From contig DASPNW010000023.1 of the NCBI GenBank assembly GCA_035626335.1, positions 14,738-78,737 of the forward strand: a DNA stretch of 64,000 nt, written 5' to 3'. A model generated the notes under the pieces. The model was not told the DNA's origin, made no database searches, and was given only the letters and a program-made list of their open reading frames with translations. A program made the position numbers and the translations under genes. Of the stretch, positions 63,106 through 64,000 are shown one piece after another. Positions within the stretch are counted from its first letter, which is position 1; every line of letters starts with the position of its first letter. Origin of the DNA: Pseudolabrys sp. (lineage in GTDB: Bacteria; Pseudomonadota; Alphaproteobacteria; Rhizobiales; Xanthobacteraceae).

Positions 63106-63921
63106 GTGAGATCGCTGAAACGCTTATTGCGCCGTTTGCTGGTCCTGGGGCTGGGCATACTCACAGTCTGGCTGATCGTTTTTGTCTTTCGAGTAACGGA
63201 CCAGAGGCTCCCATGGGTGCTGGCTGTGGCCCTCACCTACGGCCTCGCGGCGTACATCATCCTGCCGCGTGCAGTTCGTATGGGTCTCAAAATCCTCCAG
63301 CGCAAAAGCGTCCCTCGTTACACAATTACCGGCGACGGCCTGCCTGGTGACCCCGTCAACCTGGTGCTTACGGGCACGCTGCAACAGCTTGAAGCCGCTT
63401 TTTCAGCTGCGGGGTGGTCAGGAGCTGACCGGCTTGGTTTGGCGAGCTCATGGGGCATGATCCGGGCATTCGTATTGAATACTCCCTACCCGACCGCCCC
63501 GTTTAGCACCCTCTATCTTTTTGGACGCGGCCAAGACATTGGTTTTCAGAAGGCGATCGATAACAGTCCACGAAAACGCCATCACATTCGATTTTGGGCT
63601 TTGAGTCTCGCGCGCGATGAGTCCGCACTTGGAAACGCGAGCTTCTGGCTCAACACCGACCGTCCCCCTGACGGCGCGCGCGTTCACTGGGTCGGAGCTG
63701 GCACGAAAGACACCGGTTTCTCCTTGACCCAGCTCACATTCCAGATCACCCATGCAACGGATTCGGACACGAATGCCGAACGGGACTACATCATTGCAGA
63801 GCTGAGAAAGCACCAGGTCATCGGCGAGATCACTTCGTATCAGGCCGGCCAACATCTGGGCGCTGATCCCGTCAATCACTACGTTACCGATGGCGAAGTG
63901 ACGGCCGCAAAACTGCTCTGA
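63106..63921 (+). CDS. LssY C-terminal domain-containing protein
   Basis: DGLPGDPVNL, YPTAPFSTLYLFGRGQDIGFQK, RHHIRFW, THATDSDTNAERD. Confidence 0.85.
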   Translation: MRSLKRLLRRLLVLGLGILTVWLIVFVFRVTDQRLPWVLAVALTYGLAAYIILPRAVRMGLKILQRKSVPRYTITGDGLPGDPVNLVLTGTLQQLEAAFSAAGWSGADRLGLASSWGMIRAFVLNTPYPTAPFSTLYLFGRGQDIGFQKAIDNSPRKRHHIRFWALSLARDESALGNASFWLNTDRPPDGARVHWVGAGTKDTGFSLTQLTFQITHATDSDTNAERDYIIAELRKHQVIGEITSYQAGQHLGADPVNHYVTDGEVTAAKLL

Positions 63922-64000
63922 CTGCCGGAATCTTCACGCGCATTTCCCGACCGCCGATGTCACGGTTGCATCACAGCCGCAAGTACGGCCGACCGGCCGT

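Noticed and set aside
1-64000. rRNA, tRNA, prophage, integrase or intact IS
   Set aside because: No such motifs seen by eye; a tRNAscan/ISfinder run would be needed to exclude them formally.

Overview
About 64 kb of accessory-rich chromosome from a GC-rich alphaproteobacterium. The gene families point to Hyphomicrobiales (Bradyrhizobium/Xanthobacteraceae-like); this is an inference. I saw no rRNA, tRNA, CRISPR array, integrase or intact transposase. Ordinary content: urate hydroxylase PuuD, an MdtABC-type RND pair, minCDE, a 4-GAF histidine kinase, a small aromatic-acid catabolic cluster, about 9 orphan substrate-binding proteins (SBPs) and many small secreted proteins. Main findings: (1) A hidden selenoprotein. 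Two in-frame ORF halves (27470-26847, minus strand) join across a UGA in a C-S-Y-U motif of an AhpD/CMD-family protein. A bacterial SECIS-like hairpin follows 11 nt after the UGA, and the gene is translationally coupled to a paralog lacking the redox motif. (2) A family of ~28-bp palindromes (ATGTCCGCT-N9..12-AGCGGACAT) separates single co-oriented genes and gene fragments like cassettes at 3.2-8.1 kb and 16.8-19.2 kb. (3) A portable ~60-bp promoter/RBS/MRRR-leader module precedes unrelated genes and forms one in-frame chimera. (4) A ~45x octapeptide-repeat protein, an orphan RiPP-like precursor, an orphan Rap1a-like immunity gene, and an FNR/FixK box positioned to drive a leaderless mRNA. All family assignments come from motif recognition, not database searches.
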